Source: Polynucleobacter sp. JS-Safj-400b-B2
Lineage (GTDB): Bacteria > Pseudomonadota > Gammaproteobacteria > Burkholderiales > Burkholderiaceae
Length of the DNA stretch: 64,000 nt
Reading direction: 5' to 3'
Assembly: GCF_018881975.1 (NCBI RefSeq)
Contig: NZ_JACVPJ010000004.1
Coordinates: forward strand, 202,290 to 266,289
Shown here: positions 47,278-57,909 of the stretch, piece by piece
How positions within the stretch are numbered: the first letter of the stretch is position 1
Layout of the letters: each line of letters opens with the position of its first letter
The notes under the pieces: model-generated
Databases searched by the model: none
Seen by the model: the letters and a program-made list of their open reading frames with translations, nothing else
Told to the model about the DNA's origin: nothing
Translations under genes and position numbers: made by a program

Positions 47278-48187
47278 ATTGAACATTAAACACTTACTGT
47301 CCACGGTTGCTTGTGCGATAGCTCTTTGTGCAGCCATTATTCCAGCGAAGGCTTCGAATGAGCCATTGGCTGTTGACGGCACCTTTAGCGAAGATCATGG
47401 TAAGGACGAGGCTCATGCCTTGGCTGTCACCCCAATCCATGCATTAAGCGCAATAGGGCAACCATTAAAAATAGTGATCACCGATGAAGTACTTAAAAAT
47501 GAGGGTGCACTTAGAAAAACTAAAAGGTGGAAAATTTCCCGCCAGAAGCAAGATACATCGGGATTGAGTGTAATTTTTATAGAGCCCACTAAAAGGGACT
47601 TAGAGGATAAGTTGATTTTTGGAACATCGGAGGGTATTAAAACCTTAATCATTTATTCTGGGCCACAGGGTGGCAAGGTCAGCCCCCCTATTATTTTAAG
47701 CAACTATTTTCGCTCGCCAAAATCTTCACAAAAGCAAATTGCTTTGCCGCCAATCGCGGTACCAGTTAAACCTGAAACGGTTAAGCGTGATGTAAATATT
47801 GAAAGTGCAAATACAGGCACGGAAATTTACCTCCCAGAAAAACAAAAAATCGCTGAAATTCGCGAGATTTCATTTAACGAAAATGCAGTCAAAAGTGCAC
47901 CATTAATGGATGAAGTTGATTTGCCAAATTTCACGCAACCCGTGGAAATAACAAATAAATGGACGGTGCATCGTGGTGATTATTTATGTTCAAAAATACA
48001 AGAATGGGCAAATCACTCGGGTTGGCAGGTGAGCTGTGAGGCAGATGCAGAAATTCTAGGTGATGTGAGCGTGAATAAGGATTTACCTTTGGCAATCAAT
48101 CAACTAGTAAAGGCAATAGGGGCGGATAAATTCAAAATTCGCATTTATAAACAAAACAAAATGATTCGAATTTCTGATTACCAATAA
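47278..48187 (+). CDS. PilL/TcpQ-like periplasmic protein of type IVb pilus systems
   Basis: TTG start with an AAGGA RBS, a signal peptide, and a C-terminal WTVHRGDYLCSKIQEWANHSGWQVSCEA segment resembling the TcpQ-type C-domain. Family assignment from memory. Confidence 0.4.
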
Positions 48188-48195
48188 GCAAACTA

Positions 48196-49848
48196 ATGAG
48201 AAAATTAATCACGCATAAGATATTTGTAGCAATTGTCATTGGGGCAGGGTCTTTGGCGACCCTTTCAGGCTGCTCATCAATGATCGTATCAGGGGTAAGA
48301 TCCGACGTTCAAAAAGTGGGTAATGAGGCCGCTTTAGCACAGGCAACCCTGCAAAAGGGTGCCGCGAAAGAATATAACAATAATGTGGAAGTTCTTGATG
48401 AGCAATGGGTGCCATCGAGAAAAATTAAGAAAAAAATTAAAATTCATGAAATTGATCATCAAATTTTGGTTAACAAAACGGCACAATCCTTGCATGATTT
48501 AACAAATTATTTAACATCAATCACGAAAATACCATTTTACGTAGATATTCAGACCCCGCAAAGTGGACAGGTAACCGCGACCTTACCAGGGCAAATTCAT
48601 TTACAAGATTCCGCACCCAGTCCGCAAGCTCTAGGTAATGCGGTTAATGCAGCAAACGATTACGATCGAATTAACCCAAAACAAATTACCTATTCTGGAG
48701 GGTTTGAGGATTTTTTAAATACCACTCTACCAACCTATGGGTACCATTGGGAGTTTCAGTCTGAAAGTGGAGCTATTCGACTTTTTAAATATCAAACTAG
48801 AACATTTCGCATTGCAGCCCTTCCTGGTGATGTTAATTTTCAAAGCAATATAGGCAATACAGCCACAAATGCCTCTGCCGGATCTTCAGGGGGCGTCGCT
48901 CAATCAGGGGGTGGTGGGATAGCCTCAACCTCGTCACAAAAGACAGGCGTAACGTCAGCAGTTTCTATTTGGAACTCAATTGAGAGTGCCGTTAAGTCTA
49001 TGCTGTCGCCTTCAGGCAAGGCGGTAATGTCATCCGCAACAGGAACAATTACCGTCACCGACTTGCCAACGGTAGTGGGTGATATTGCGAAATATATTGA
49101 AGGTCAAAATGAATCGCTCTCCAAAGAAGTTGTAATTAATGTTCGAGTACTATCTGTGGATGTAAAAAATGTAGATAGCTATGGTATCAACTGGAATGCA
49201 GTGGCCAATTCTGCGTCAAGGCTTTCTGGAGTATTGGCAACGAGCTTTGCGCCCATCTCATCAGGCGGCAGCCTTACAACTACCATTCCAGCATCAGCAA
49301 ATGGTGCTGCAGCCGGAAGCTCTGCCATCATTACGGCGCTATCGGAGCAAGGGGATGTATCCGAGCTTACATCAACATCTGTGACAACGCTAAACAATCA
49401 GCCGGCACCAACTCAGGTTGGTTCGCAAATTGCCTATCTGCAGTCGTCAACCACAACCCTCACAGCAAATGTGGGGACAACGACCACCCTTGTACCGGGC
49501 ACCATAAATGTCGGCTATGCATTAAATGTAGTGCCGCACATCATGGATAACGACGATCTGCTCTTGCAGTACTCCATGGATATTTCAACCCTGGTTAATA
49601 TGGTCCAGGTCACGTCGGGCACGTCAACAATTCAAACGCCAACAATTGATTCAAAAAATTTGTTTAATCGAGTTAAGCTAAAGTCCGGCGAAACCTTGGC
49701 ATTATCTGGGTTCGAAAAAATTACCTCATCGGCAGACTCGAGCGGAATAGGCTCAGCCGATAATTTACTGGCTGGCGGCAATGTGAACGGAACAAAATCT
49801 AAATCAGTTCTAGTTGTCTTAATCCAGCCCATTGTTGTTGGGAAGTAA
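48196..49848 (+). CDS. Secretin-family lipoprotein (R64 PilN / TcpC / BfpB-like)
   Basis: Lipobox LSGCSS and a C-terminal secretin-like block GETLALSGF...GIGSADNLLAGG...SVLVVLIQPIVV. Confidence 0.55.
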   Translation: MRKLITHKIFVAIVIGAGSLATLSGCSSMIVSGVRSDVQKVGNEAALAQATLQKGAAKEYNNNVEVLDEQWVPSRKIKKKIKIHEIDHQILVNKTAQSLHDLTNYLTSITKIPFYVDIQTPQSGQVTATLPGQIHLQDSAPSPQALGNAVNAANDYDRINPKQITYSGGFEDFLNTTLPTYGYHWEFQSESGAIRLFKYQTRTFRIAALPGDVNFQSNIGNTATNASAGSSGGVAQSGGGGIASTSSQKTGVTSAVSIWNSIESAVKSMLSPSGKAVMSSATGTITVTDLPTVVGDIAKYIEGQNESLSKEVVINVRVLSVDVKNVDSYGINWNAVANSASRLSGVLATSFAPISSGGSLTTTIPASANGAAAGSSAIITALSEQGDVSELTSTSVTTLNNQPAPTQVGSQIAYLQSSTTTLTANVGTTTTLVPGTINVGYALNVVPHIMDNDDLLLQYSMDISTLVNMVQVTSGTSTIQTPTIDSKNLFNRVKLKSGETLALSGFEKITSSADSSGIGSADNLLAGGNVNGTKSKSVLVVLIQPIVVGK

Positions 49849-49853
49849 ATACC

Positions 49854-51113
49854 ATGCAAGTATTTAAACTGCTTGGGAAATCCATGGTGGCCGGCTTGAA
49901 TTGGGAGCCGCTACCAATAGAAATAGAGGCTGGCACAAAAAAATATATTCAAAAGTTGGCGGAAGAGCAAGATTTTAATCTCTATACGCTAATCAAGGGG
50001 GTTGAAACGCAAACTGGGTTTGCTTCGTCACATGAAAAATTATCCGGCAAGTATTCAATAGCGTCAATATTGTTTCAAGTGTTTAGTGGCTCAGAACACT
50101 CAAGGGATATAGCTGCAATATTAGAAATTCACCCCGATTCGTATCTTTACTACGGACAAAAGGATGGGTTAATACTGTATGACGGAGATCTGGCCGGCAG
50201 TAGGCAAGATGCCCTAGATAGACTCAATTCACATATTGCTTTATACGGCCCATTTGAAGTCCTATATGCACCGGAATCGCTAGAGATTGAAAATTCAACC
50301 CATGCCACTTTTGAAACTATTCTTGGAGATTCGTTTTTCTCTCTACGACGATTGGTTGGATTATCGCAGGCAAGGGTTCGCCCCTGTTTTCTAGATAAAA
50401 AAAGAAGGAATACTTATATAGTGATTGGGATTTTGGCCGTAATTTTATTGGCCGCCAGCTCCAGAGGTTTCGTAATCTACCAAGCAAATGAGGCAGCCGC
50501 TAGGCTACAGTTAGAGCAAGAGCGCATTTCAAAAGCCATGGAAGAAAACGCACCTAAGCCAATTTATCAAACATTACCAACATCTTATGAAATGGTTAGC
50601 GCATGTTTAAGTCTGATAAATGAACATGATCTTATTTTTCCAAATTGGAACTTGGTAGCAATTGAATGCAGTCAAAGCGGTATGGTTGCCAGCCTTACAA
50701 AAAGCGATGAGGGGCGCTACGAAGATTTAATTTCCAAGTATCCAGATTCGATTGTAAACCTTGCGGCCAACACAGCCACAATCAAAATTAGCCAAATCGT
50801 TACCGCGAATTATGTGGGAAAAATTACCCTACCAAGCATGAGTGATGTTTATTTAAATACCGACAAAGCAATATCGTATGGCATTGAAATGAAATACAAA
50901 CCAGCAGCCTCATCTGTGAATCTTCCTGGGCAGGATTTAATCCCAAAAAAAGTAGCCGAACTAGATTGGATTATTGATAAAACACCATTCACGCCAGACA
51001 GGGTAATTGACCTCATGGATAACAGTGGATTGCGAATTTCAAAAATCACCAAAATATTTGGTGCAAATGGTTCCTCATGGAGCCTTGAAGGAACTCAGTA
51101 TGCCCAGCAATAA
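49854..51113 (+). CDS. Type IVb pilus biogenesis protein (PilO/BfpC-like; cytoplasmic domain, single TM, periplasmic domain)
   Basis: A 419 aa protein with a central TM (YIVIGILAVILLAASS) and a position that matches PilO in R64-type clusters. Confidence 0.35.
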   Translation: MQVFKLLGKSMVAGLNWEPLPIEIEAGTKKYIQKLAEEQDFNLYTLIKGVETQTGFASSHEKLSGKYSIASILFQVFSGSEHSRDIAAILEIHPDSYLYYGQKDGLILYDGDLAGSRQDALDRLNSHIALYGPFEVLYAPESLEIENSTHATFETILGDSFFSLRRLVGLSQARVRPCFLDKKRRNTYIVIGILAVILLAASSRGFVIYQANEAAARLQLEQERISKAMEENAPKPIYQTLPTSYEMVSACLSLINEHDLIFPNWNLVAIECSQSGMVASLTKSDEGRYEDLISKYPDSIVNLAANTATIKISQIVTANYVGKITLPSMSDVYLNTDKAISYGIEMKYKPAASSVNLPGQDLIPKKVAELDWIIDKTPFTPDRVIDLMDNSGLRISKITKIFGANGSSWSLEGTQYAQQ

Positions 51114-51750
51114 TATGAATTATAAATACGTAACGTCATTAATGTGCTCAATAATTTTTGCTGGGTCTTGCTCCGCACAAGGCGTGCCTGCCGGTGCTGA
51201 GGCACCCATTAACAAATCTAATTCCACCCCAATTAATAAAAGCCAGCAAATAATCCTGCCTCAGACTCAAATTGGCCAAACCAAACCAGATGATGAGGCT
51301 AGCGCTCTTAAGCTTGCTTTAAAAAAAATTAGCGATTCACGCGCGCTACTCTCGGAGCAGATTGCTGAGCTAGAACTGCGCAAGAAGATTGCAAGTCTAA
51401 CCAGCGAAATTAATTCCCTACAGTCCGGGAAGGGGGGTATTCCAACCGGGAGTCCAGGGCAAGGGGTTACGCAACAATCACCAGTACCAGGTTATGTCTT
51501 ACAGCAAAACCCTCCAGACAATGGCTCAAATTCAGATAGATCCATAAGGTCGCAAAGCCTATTATTTCCTACCATCATTGACATTTACGGGTTTGATGGT
51601 GATAACAAGGCAACCGCTATTTTGCCAACAGGTGAAAAGATTACCCTGTCCGCTGGGTCTAAATACAAGTCATGGGAAGTAGTTGACATCAATTCATCAG
51701 GCGTGGTCATAAAGTCTGGAAATAAAACTCAATTACTAAGAATTAGATAG
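51100..51750 (+). CDS. Periplasmic pilus assembly protein (PilP-like)
   Basis: Start chosen at MPSNNMNYKYVTSLMCSIIFAGSCSAQG, a signal peptide. Contains a coiled-coil. Confidence 0.3.
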   Translation: MPSNNMNYKYVTSLMCSIIFAGSCSAQGVPAGAEAPINKSNSTPINKSQQIILPQTQIGQTKPDDEASALKLALKKISDSRALLSEQIAELELRKKIASLTSEINSLQSGKGGIPTGSPGQGVTQQSPVPGYVLQQNPPDNGSNSDRSIRSQSLLFPTIIDIYGFDGDNKATAILPTGEKITLSAGSKYKSWEVVDINSSGVVIKSGNKTQLLRIR

Positions 51751-51761
51751 AGAAAACTTTT

Positions 51762-53219
51762 ATGAGTATTAGAACCGGTCCAGACGGGGATGTATCTATT
51801 GGGAATGATCTTAGGGACGTTCTCTGCTTAACGGCTGATGGGCGCCTGTACATCTCCAAAACACATATTACTGCGCCAAATGTCAGGGCATTTATGGGTA
51901 GATTGGATAGGCTGGGCGAGCAATACAAAGTTGTTCAATGCGAACTTGGAAAAATATCGCAAATATATGAGTCCTACTCGGCTGATGGCGGTGACGTGCT
52001 ATCAATATTCCAAGGGAAAGCGGTTGATTTATTTGCTAGGGCAGTTAGCGAAAATGCCTCGGATATTCACTTATCTGTTAGTAAAACCGAGGCTACGAAA
52101 ATTAAATTTCGCATTAACGGAATGCTTCAGCTAATTGAGGAGCACCCTTATGATTTCGGTCAAAAACTTTGCTCAACAATCTATCAATCATTGACGGATG
52201 TCTCCGCGCCAACTTTTGAGACAAATGCACCACAAGATGCCCGAATTGCTGATAAAAAAAATTTGCCAAACCAGATTAATGGTATTCGTATCGCAACCGG
52301 TCCACAGGTGGATGGGTTCCTAATGGTTTTACGGCTTTTATATAACCCAACGAACATGGATTTAAACTTACTTTCACTGGGATACTCTGAGGCTCAAAAG
52401 AAAGATATTGAAGATATTGAAAAGAACCCTACTGGCATCGCAGTTATAGCCGGCTCTACGGGGTCTGGTAAATCCACCACTTTGCAACGCATCCTCACCA
52501 GGATCATTGAATCATCAAAGGGGTCAATTAATGTTATTACTGTTGAGGATCCGCCTGAATACCTAATTAAGGGCGCGATTCAGTCGCCTGTTGCTAACGC
52601 CAAAACCGAAGAGGATCGTTCAGCAGCATTTCAACTCGCAATCAAGGCGGCAATGCGACTGGACCCAGACTCGATGATGGTTGGAGAGGTAAGGGATCAT
52701 CCATCTGCCAGCCTAGCGATTAAGGCCGCTTTATCTGGGCACCCGCTTTGGACAACAGTACATGCGAATAATGGGTTTGGGATTATTACTAGGCTACTTG
52801 ACATTGGTGTAAGCATTAATCTGCTTTGCGATCCAAATGTAATTTCAGGCCTTATTTGTCAAACATTGGCTCGTGTACTCTGCGAAAAGTGCAAAGTTAA
52901 GCTGTCTGACAATAAGGGCGAAGTATCCGCTGAGGATTTCGCTCGATATACAGAAAAACTAGAGATTGAAAACGTCTATCTAAGGGGCTGCGGCTGCGAA
53001 CATTGCAAAAATACAGGAGTAACCGGAAGAACTGTGGTGGCTGAGGTTATTAAGACAAACTATAAAATTTTGGAATTAATTAAAGCAGGGAATCATGAAG
53101 AGGCGATGAAATATTGGGTGAGTACCGGAGGCATCACAATGAAGGGCCACGCAATTAGCAAGGTAAACGCTGGAATATGTGATCCTAGTGATACGGAATC
53201 TTTGGTGGGGCAATTTTGA
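51762..53219 (+). CDS. GspE/PilB/TcpT-family type IV pilus assembly ATPase (R64 PilQ-like)
   Basis: Walker A GSTGSGKST, an Asp box, Walker B MMVGEVRD, the His box and a tetracysteine CEKCK...CEHCK motif. Confidence 0.85.
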   Translation: MSIRTGPDGDVSIGNDLRDVLCLTADGRLYISKTHITAPNVRAFMGRLDRLGEQYKVVQCELGKISQIYESYSADGGDVLSIFQGKAVDLFARAVSENASDIHLSVSKTEATKIKFRINGMLQLIEEHPYDFGQKLCSTIYQSLTDVSAPTFETNAPQDARIADKKNLPNQINGIRIATGPQVDGFLMVLRLLYNPTNMDLNLLSLGYSEAQKKDIEDIEKNPTGIAVIAGSTGSGKSTTLQRILTRIIESSKGSINVITVEDPPEYLIKGAIQSPVANAKTEEDRSAAFQLAIKAAMRLDPDSMMVGEVRDHPSASLAIKAALSGHPLWTTVHANNGFGIITRLLDIGVSINLLCDPNVISGLICQTLARVLCEKCKVKLSDNKGEVSAEDFARYTEKLEIENVYLRGCGCEHCKNTGVTGRTVVAEVIKTNYKILELIKAGNHEEAMKYWVSTGGITMKGHAISKVNAGICDPSDTESLVGQF

Positions 53220-54307
53220 ACGCCAGGGCCCTGGACGGCATGAAGCTCAGTTTAAATAAGATTTTATTTAAATCAGATGCCACTGGAAGAAAGCGTTTGT
53301 GGACAAAATTGGCAACGTTGATCAAAAACGGCGTTCCAATTAAAAGTGCGCTTACAACTCTACATTCAAGGCGAATACAAATTGGTAAAGGAGGGGCACC
53401 GGACGCCATCGCACTTTCTCATTGGCTTCAGCGTATCAATAATGGCAGCTCAATTGCTGGATGCACAAAAGGCTGGGTGACAGACGAAGAGCAGATGCTT
53501 CTAAGTGCAGGTGAAAAATCTGGCGATATCTTAAAGTCACTAGAAGCTATGTGCAGGATTATGACTGCAAAAGCATCAATTAAAGGTGCCGTGATTGGTG
53601 GTGTAGCGTACCCCATTTTTATTGTATTGATGTTATTCGGTTTCATGTATCTTTTTGGGTATAAGTTGATCCCATCATTTTTGAATTTAGCCCCAGTAGA
53701 AAAATTTTCAGGATTTGGCTACCTTATAGCCAGGGCAAGCATTGTTACTCAATATGCACTGCTGCCATTTATGGCCTTTTGCATAGCTGCTATAGCTGTT
53801 TTTATGCTTTCGCTCCCAAGATGGAATGGGGAATTTCGCATTAAATTGGATGGCTTTAAACCCTATTCGATCTATCGCATCATTCAAGGTAGCAGCTGGC
53901 TTATTAGCTTTTCAGCCCTCGTTAAATCAGGAGTTCGGATTGAAGATGGTTTAGAGCAGATGGCAAAATTAGCGAACCCTTGGCTAAAAATACGATTGCT
54001 TGCCTGTTTAAAGGGGCTTAAATCAGGACTAACAGTTGGGGATGCCTTGCTAAGGGCTGGGCACAATTTTCCAGACAGGGAAATAGTAGATGATCTCATC
54101 ATCTACTCATCATTAAATGGGTTTGAAGATTCATTGGAATCTCTTGGAAATGAGTGGATTGAATCTTCGGAAAAAATAATATCAAGCCAGATGAAAGTTA
54201 TTTTTAATATTTTATTGGTTATAGCCATAATTATGATTGCCATGATGGTCGCTGGCATGATTGATATGCAGACCCAAATGAAGGACTTGCTGCAACAAAG
54301 GCATTGA
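53216..54307 (+). CDS. GspF/PilC/TcpE-family inner-membrane platform protein (R64 PilR-like)
   Basis: A 363 aa protein with three TM segments separated by two cytoplasmic domains. It overlaps the ATPase stop. Confidence 0.65.
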   Translation: MNARALDGMKLSLNKILFKSDATGRKRLWTKLATLIKNGVPIKSALTTLHSRRIQIGKGGAPDAIALSHWLQRINNGSSIAGCTKGWVTDEEQMLLSAGEKSGDILKSLEAMCRIMTAKASIKGAVIGGVAYPIFIVLMLFGFMYLFGYKLIPSFLNLAPVEKFSGFGYLIARASIVTQYALLPFMAFCIAAIAVFMLSLPRWNGEFRIKLDGFKPYSIYRIIQGSSWLISFSALVKSGVRIEDGLEQMAKLANPWLKIRLLACLKGLKSGLTVGDALLRAGHNFPDREIVDDLIIYSSLNGFEDSLESLGNEWIESSEKIISSQMKVIFNILLVIAIIMIAMMVAGMIDMQTQMKDLLQQRH

Positions 54308-54463
54308 CCTCTGAGTAGATTAAAGTTAGCCGATGGGGACTAAGCCCCAAGTTTGCGCAACTAAATGCTCGATAAGCGCAAATATATTTGAGATTTCATT
54401 TTGCCGTATCAAGCCTCATTAATAACAATCTAACTTAGCAATCTTGCTAAATTTTGGAGAATT

Positions 54464-54997
54464 TTGATGAATATTTTGGGTAAGCTATTTAAACGGCAAA
54501 AAGGTGTGACCCTAACGGAAGCGTTGGGTGTATTGGTTATTCTGGCACTATTGCTTGGCGGCGCATATGCGCTCTTAACAAGCGCTACGACCTCGCAACA
54601 ATCTAGTCAGTTGGGTGCAGACGTTGCATCTCTTCGTGCAGCCACAAAACAACTTTGGGGTGGGCAAGGAAGCTATGGATCCACATCATTAAATGCAACA
54701 TTAATTAGCGCTGGTCGTGTACCAAGCGATTTACCGGTTAGCGGTGCGGTAATCTCCAATCAGTTTGGAGGTACTGTTACGGTTACCGGCGCAACAAGTG
54801 CATTTACTGTTGCGGTAACCGCAATTCCAACATCAAACTGTGTGGCGTTAATCTCTAATGCTACCGTTAGCTGGACATCAATTCAGGTTGGCGCGGCAGC
54901 AGCCATTACAACCTTCCCGGTATCGCCAGCTACAGCAGCCAGCGCAACTAACTGCGGTGCGTCAAACTCGAACACCATCACGTTCACATCTAACTAA
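54464..54997 (+). CDS. Type IVb prepilin (major pilin, PilS-like)
   Basis: Leader MMNILGKLFKRQKG, then VTLTEALGVLVILALLLGG with Glu at position +5 of the mature protein. Confidence 0.7.
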   Translation: MMNILGKLFKRQKGVTLTEALGVLVILALLLGGAYALLTSATTSQQSSQLGADVASLRAATKQLWGGQGSYGSTSLNATLISAGRVPSDLPVSGAVISNQFGGTVTVTGATSAFTVAVTAIPTSNCVALISNATVSWTSIQVGAAAAITTFPVSPATAASATNCGASNSNTITFTSN

Positions 54998-55044
54998 TGA
55001 TGAATTAACCAGCATTGGATATTTCAATGCTGGTTTTCTAACTC

Positions 55045-55485
55045 ATGTTTCCACTATGCATGGCCTCATTTGGCGCGCTAATACTTTCCTTTTACCTCGC
55101 ATTTACGCTACCTCAAGAGGCAAGTATTAACACTGCTACATCAACGGATATTTCGGCAACAAATTTTATTGCCTATAGAGAATCTCTACTGCGATATAAA
55201 AATGCTAACCCAGGAGCCTCTGGCTCAATCCCGGATTCGTCTCTAACATTTGATCCGGGCTATATCAGAAATTACTTATGGTTCAACACCATCTCAGGAG
55301 GGGTCCTGTATGTATATGGCAATACCAGTAATGATGTGTTAAATAATTTGTATCAAAAAACACTAAATTCAAATCTGGTTGGCACTAATTCTTCTGGCGT
55401 ATTAATAAACGAGACTGGTGCTTCCACAGGAGTTTCATTGCCCGCGATAATCCCGTCTGGCGCCATTGTTTTTGTTGGGAGCTAG
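55045..55485 (+). CDS. Small N-terminally anchored hypothetical pilus-cluster protein
   Basis: A single N-terminal TM. Located between the pilin and PilV-like genes. Confidence 0.3.
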   Translation: MFPLCMASFGALILSFYLAFTLPQEASINTATSTDISATNFIAYRESLLRYKNANPGASGSIPDSSLTFDPGYIRNYLWFNTISGGVLYVYGNTSNDVLNNLYQKTLNSNLVGTNSSGVLINETGASTGVSLPAIIPSGAIVFVGS

Positions 55486-55488
55486 GCG

Positions 55489-56595
55489 ATGCCTAAGACG
55501 CTAAAAACGGCTCAACACTTTCGCAATAGAAATAGAGGTATCACTTTAGTTGAGGTTATTGGCGGATTATTTATTCTAAGCATGGTTATGATCATGCTTA
55601 ACCAAATCACCACATCGATTCTGGATAACACCAAGGCAAATCTCACGGCAACCTACGAAACGACGGTTGCAAATGCTGCGCAAGCTTATATTAAAACCAA
55701 TTACAGCGCCGTCGCCTCGGTGGCAACCTCAACCACGCCGGCCTTAATTACTATCCAAAGTTTAATTAATACTGGGTTTTTACAGTCAGGTTTTTCATCT
55801 AAAAATCCCTACTCTCAGAGTACTTGCATTCTTGTTTTGCAGCCATCAAGCAATCAACTGCAAGGGATTGTGGTCTCAGAGTCAGGCACGGTAATTGATG
55901 ATGTGATGTTGGGCAGCATTAGCTCAACAATGGGGGCGGCTGGTGGAGGCATATACAGCTCAGCAACTGCAACAATAAAAGGTGCCGCCGGAAGCTGGTC
56001 AACACCAACTTCTGGCTTTAGCGTTCCCAATAGCGCCGGCACAAATTGTAATGGTATGGCCGGCAATGTTTCGCTAGCGGCCGGCCACCCCGTCTACGCG
56101 TTATGGTTTGCAAATGGGGATATTGCAAGCTCTTTTTTGTACAGAAATTCGGTTAGCGGAAATCCTAGCCTCAACACAATGAACACTCCATTGATCATGG
56201 CCTCAGTTCAAACTGCTGCATCAGCATGCACAACCACCGGATCAATAGCAGTTAACGCGCAGGGCTTGGTACTGAGCTGCCAAAGCGGCACATGGCAACT
56301 GCAAAGTAGCTCATATTGGCTTTCACCAGTAACTACCTACGCAAATTTACCGTCAACCGATCAAGCTGGGTCAGTACGCCTTACTGCAGACACCAATAGA
56401 GTTTTCGTGTGGAGTGGGGCATCTTGGCTTGCGCTTGGTGTTGACCAAAGTGGTAATTTTACGGACCCAGGCAAACTATCAACAGGCCAGGTTGCGCTAA
56501 CGGCAACTACAGCCACGAATGGAGCAAGCTGCGCGACTTACGGCACTGGTGTTGTGTCAAGAGATGCTTCGGGGAATATTTATGTGTGTAAGTAA
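55489..56595 (+). CDS. PilV-like minor prepilin/adhesin
   Basis: Prepilin leader ending RNRNRG, then ITLVEVIGGLFILSMVMIM. A 368 aa Ser/Thr/Ala-rich body. Confidence 0.6.
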   Translation: MPKTLKTAQHFRNRNRGITLVEVIGGLFILSMVMIMLNQITTSILDNTKANLTATYETTVANAAQAYIKTNYSAVASVATSTTPALITIQSLINTGFLQSGFSSKNPYSQSTCILVLQPSSNQLQGIVVSESGTVIDDVMLGSISSTMGAAGGGIYSSATATIKGAAGSWSTPTSGFSVPNSAGTNCNGMAGNVSLAAGHPVYALWFANGDIASSFLYRNSVSGNPSLNTMNTPLIMASVQTAASACTTTGSIAVNAQGLVLSCQSGTWQLQSSSYWLSPVTTYANLPSTDQAGSVRLTADTNRVFVWSGASWLALGVDQSGNFTDPGKLSTGQVALTATTATNGASCATYGTGVVSRDASGNIYVCK

Positions 56596-56693
56596 TCAAT
56601 TGGATTCGCTCACTTTTCTCTAATTACTTATTTCCCTGCCGCCTAAACATAACTCTTTAATGAATTGATTCAGTTTCATTAAAGGGTTATGCC

Positions 56694-57827
56694 ATGATGT
56701 CTATTGCTCGGGGTTTTCACAGCCTCATTTATGCCGTTGTTCTCTTCCTAGGTCTCAATATTTCGGGGGGTGACCTTGGCTCGGCATATGCTCAAACATG
56801 GCAAAACGTTCCTGCGCAGTCCGGCAGTGCTGGTACTTGGCAGGCGTTAAGCTGTAATACTACCTCCAATCTCACTTGGCAGCCACTAGGTTGCAACCCG
56901 GTTACTTATAGCTGTCCGACAGGTTATACGCTATCAGGACAAACTTGCTCAATCACCGTATTTAGCGCGGCAATCTCTGTTTATGGATGTTCTAGCGGGG
57001 TTTTAAGTGGGACGAGCTGTATTGCGAGCAGCACTGTCGCGGCGACTTTGGGCTATAGCTGCGGGTCTGGATACACCCTGTCCGGTAGCTCATGCACCAA
57101 ATCCACAACAACGGCAGCCACTGCTAATTATTATTGCCCAAGCGGCGGTAGTTTAGGGGGCACCACTTGTACTGTTAGCGGAAGTTATGGAGCGTCAATC
57201 GCTTCGTACTATTGCCCAAGCGGCGGTAGTTTGGGGGGCGCCTGGTGCAACACTAGCTGGAGTTATGGAGCTAGTGGTGCAGCGTCCGGCTGCAGTGCTG
57301 GACTATTTACGGGCGGAAGATGTCGCTTTGGCCCATCACCCCAATCCGCATACAACTCGCAATTTTGCCCAAATCAAACTGTCACCGGTGGACCGGGCGG
57401 ACTATATCCAACTTACTACTATTATTGCCCTACTTATATTACCTATAGCTATTCCTGCCCGTCGGGCGGTTCTTTAAGTGGCGCTACTTGTTATGTTTCA
57501 TCTGGCTATGGTGCGTCAATCGCTTCGTACTATTGCCCAAGCGGGGGCAGCTTGTCTGGATCGACTTGCTTTACCTCCTCATCCTATGGCGCTTCCGTTG
57601 GCTCGTATTCATGTGGCTCTGGCACTTTATCTGGCTCATCATGTATCACCACAACAACAGTGCCAGCAACCCCAATTTATTCATGCTTAAGCGGAGTTTT
57701 GTCGGGATCTACCTGTGCAGTCTCGACTACAACTGTCGCCGGCATTACAGGCTACTATTGCAACACTGGAGCGCTATCGGGGTCACAATGCTCCACAACG
57801 GTTACGATACCGGCTACGGCGAATTGA
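56694..57827 (+). CDS. Secreted Cys-rich tandem-repeat protein (about 13 copies of a 19-22 aa Y(S/Y)CxSGxLSGxxC module)
   Basis: Signal peptide MMSIARGFHSLIYAVVLFLGLNISGG...AYAQ. Near-identical roughly 60 nt DNA repeats around 57120-57300 and 57440-57590. The alternate-frame ORFs here are artefacts of those repeats. Confidence 0.55.
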   Translation: MMSIARGFHSLIYAVVLFLGLNISGGDLGSAYAQTWQNVPAQSGSAGTWQALSCNTTSNLTWQPLGCNPVTYSCPTGYTLSGQTCSITVFSAAISVYGCSSGVLSGTSCIASSTVAATLGYSCGSGYTLSGSSCTKSTTTAATANYYCPSGGSLGGTTCTVSGSYGASIASYYCPSGGSLGGAWCNTSWSYGASGAASGCSAGLFTGGRCRFGPSPQSAYNSQFCPNQTVTGGPGGLYPTYYYYCPTYITYSYSCPSGGSLSGATCYVSSGYGASIASYYCPSGGSLSGSTCFTSSSYGASVGSYSCGSGTLSGSSCITTTTVPATPIYSCLSGVLSGSTCAVSTTTVAGITGYYCNTGALSGSQCSTTVTIPATAN

Positions 57828-57909
57828 ATTTTCGCCGAAATGAATCCATCCGACTCATTCAGATAGAATTAGCAATTAATTAATCCACCAAGACTCGGGA
57901 GTCACTCTA

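Noticed and set aside
53428-54102. Minus-strand ORFs (53428..53646, 53884..54102) inside the GspF-like platform gene
   Set aside because: These are antisense to a strongly supported polytopic membrane protein CDS with translational coupling to the upstream ATPase.
56596-56700. Shufflon-type inversion sites downstream of the PilV-like gene
   Set aside because: Only a weak 8 bp inverted repeat (AATCAATT) was found, and no multiple 19 bp sfx-like crossover repeats or alternative pilV C-terminal segments. So no shufflon is called, although the distant tyrosine recombinase keeps the idea open.
57187-57883. Three alternate-frame ORFs (57187..57477, 57478..57690, 57488..57883) inside the Cys-rich repeat gene
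   Set aside because: They share the peptide RQSLRTIAQA only because the underlying DNA is tandemly repeated. They are out-of-frame translations of the repeat units of the 56694..57827 CDS.
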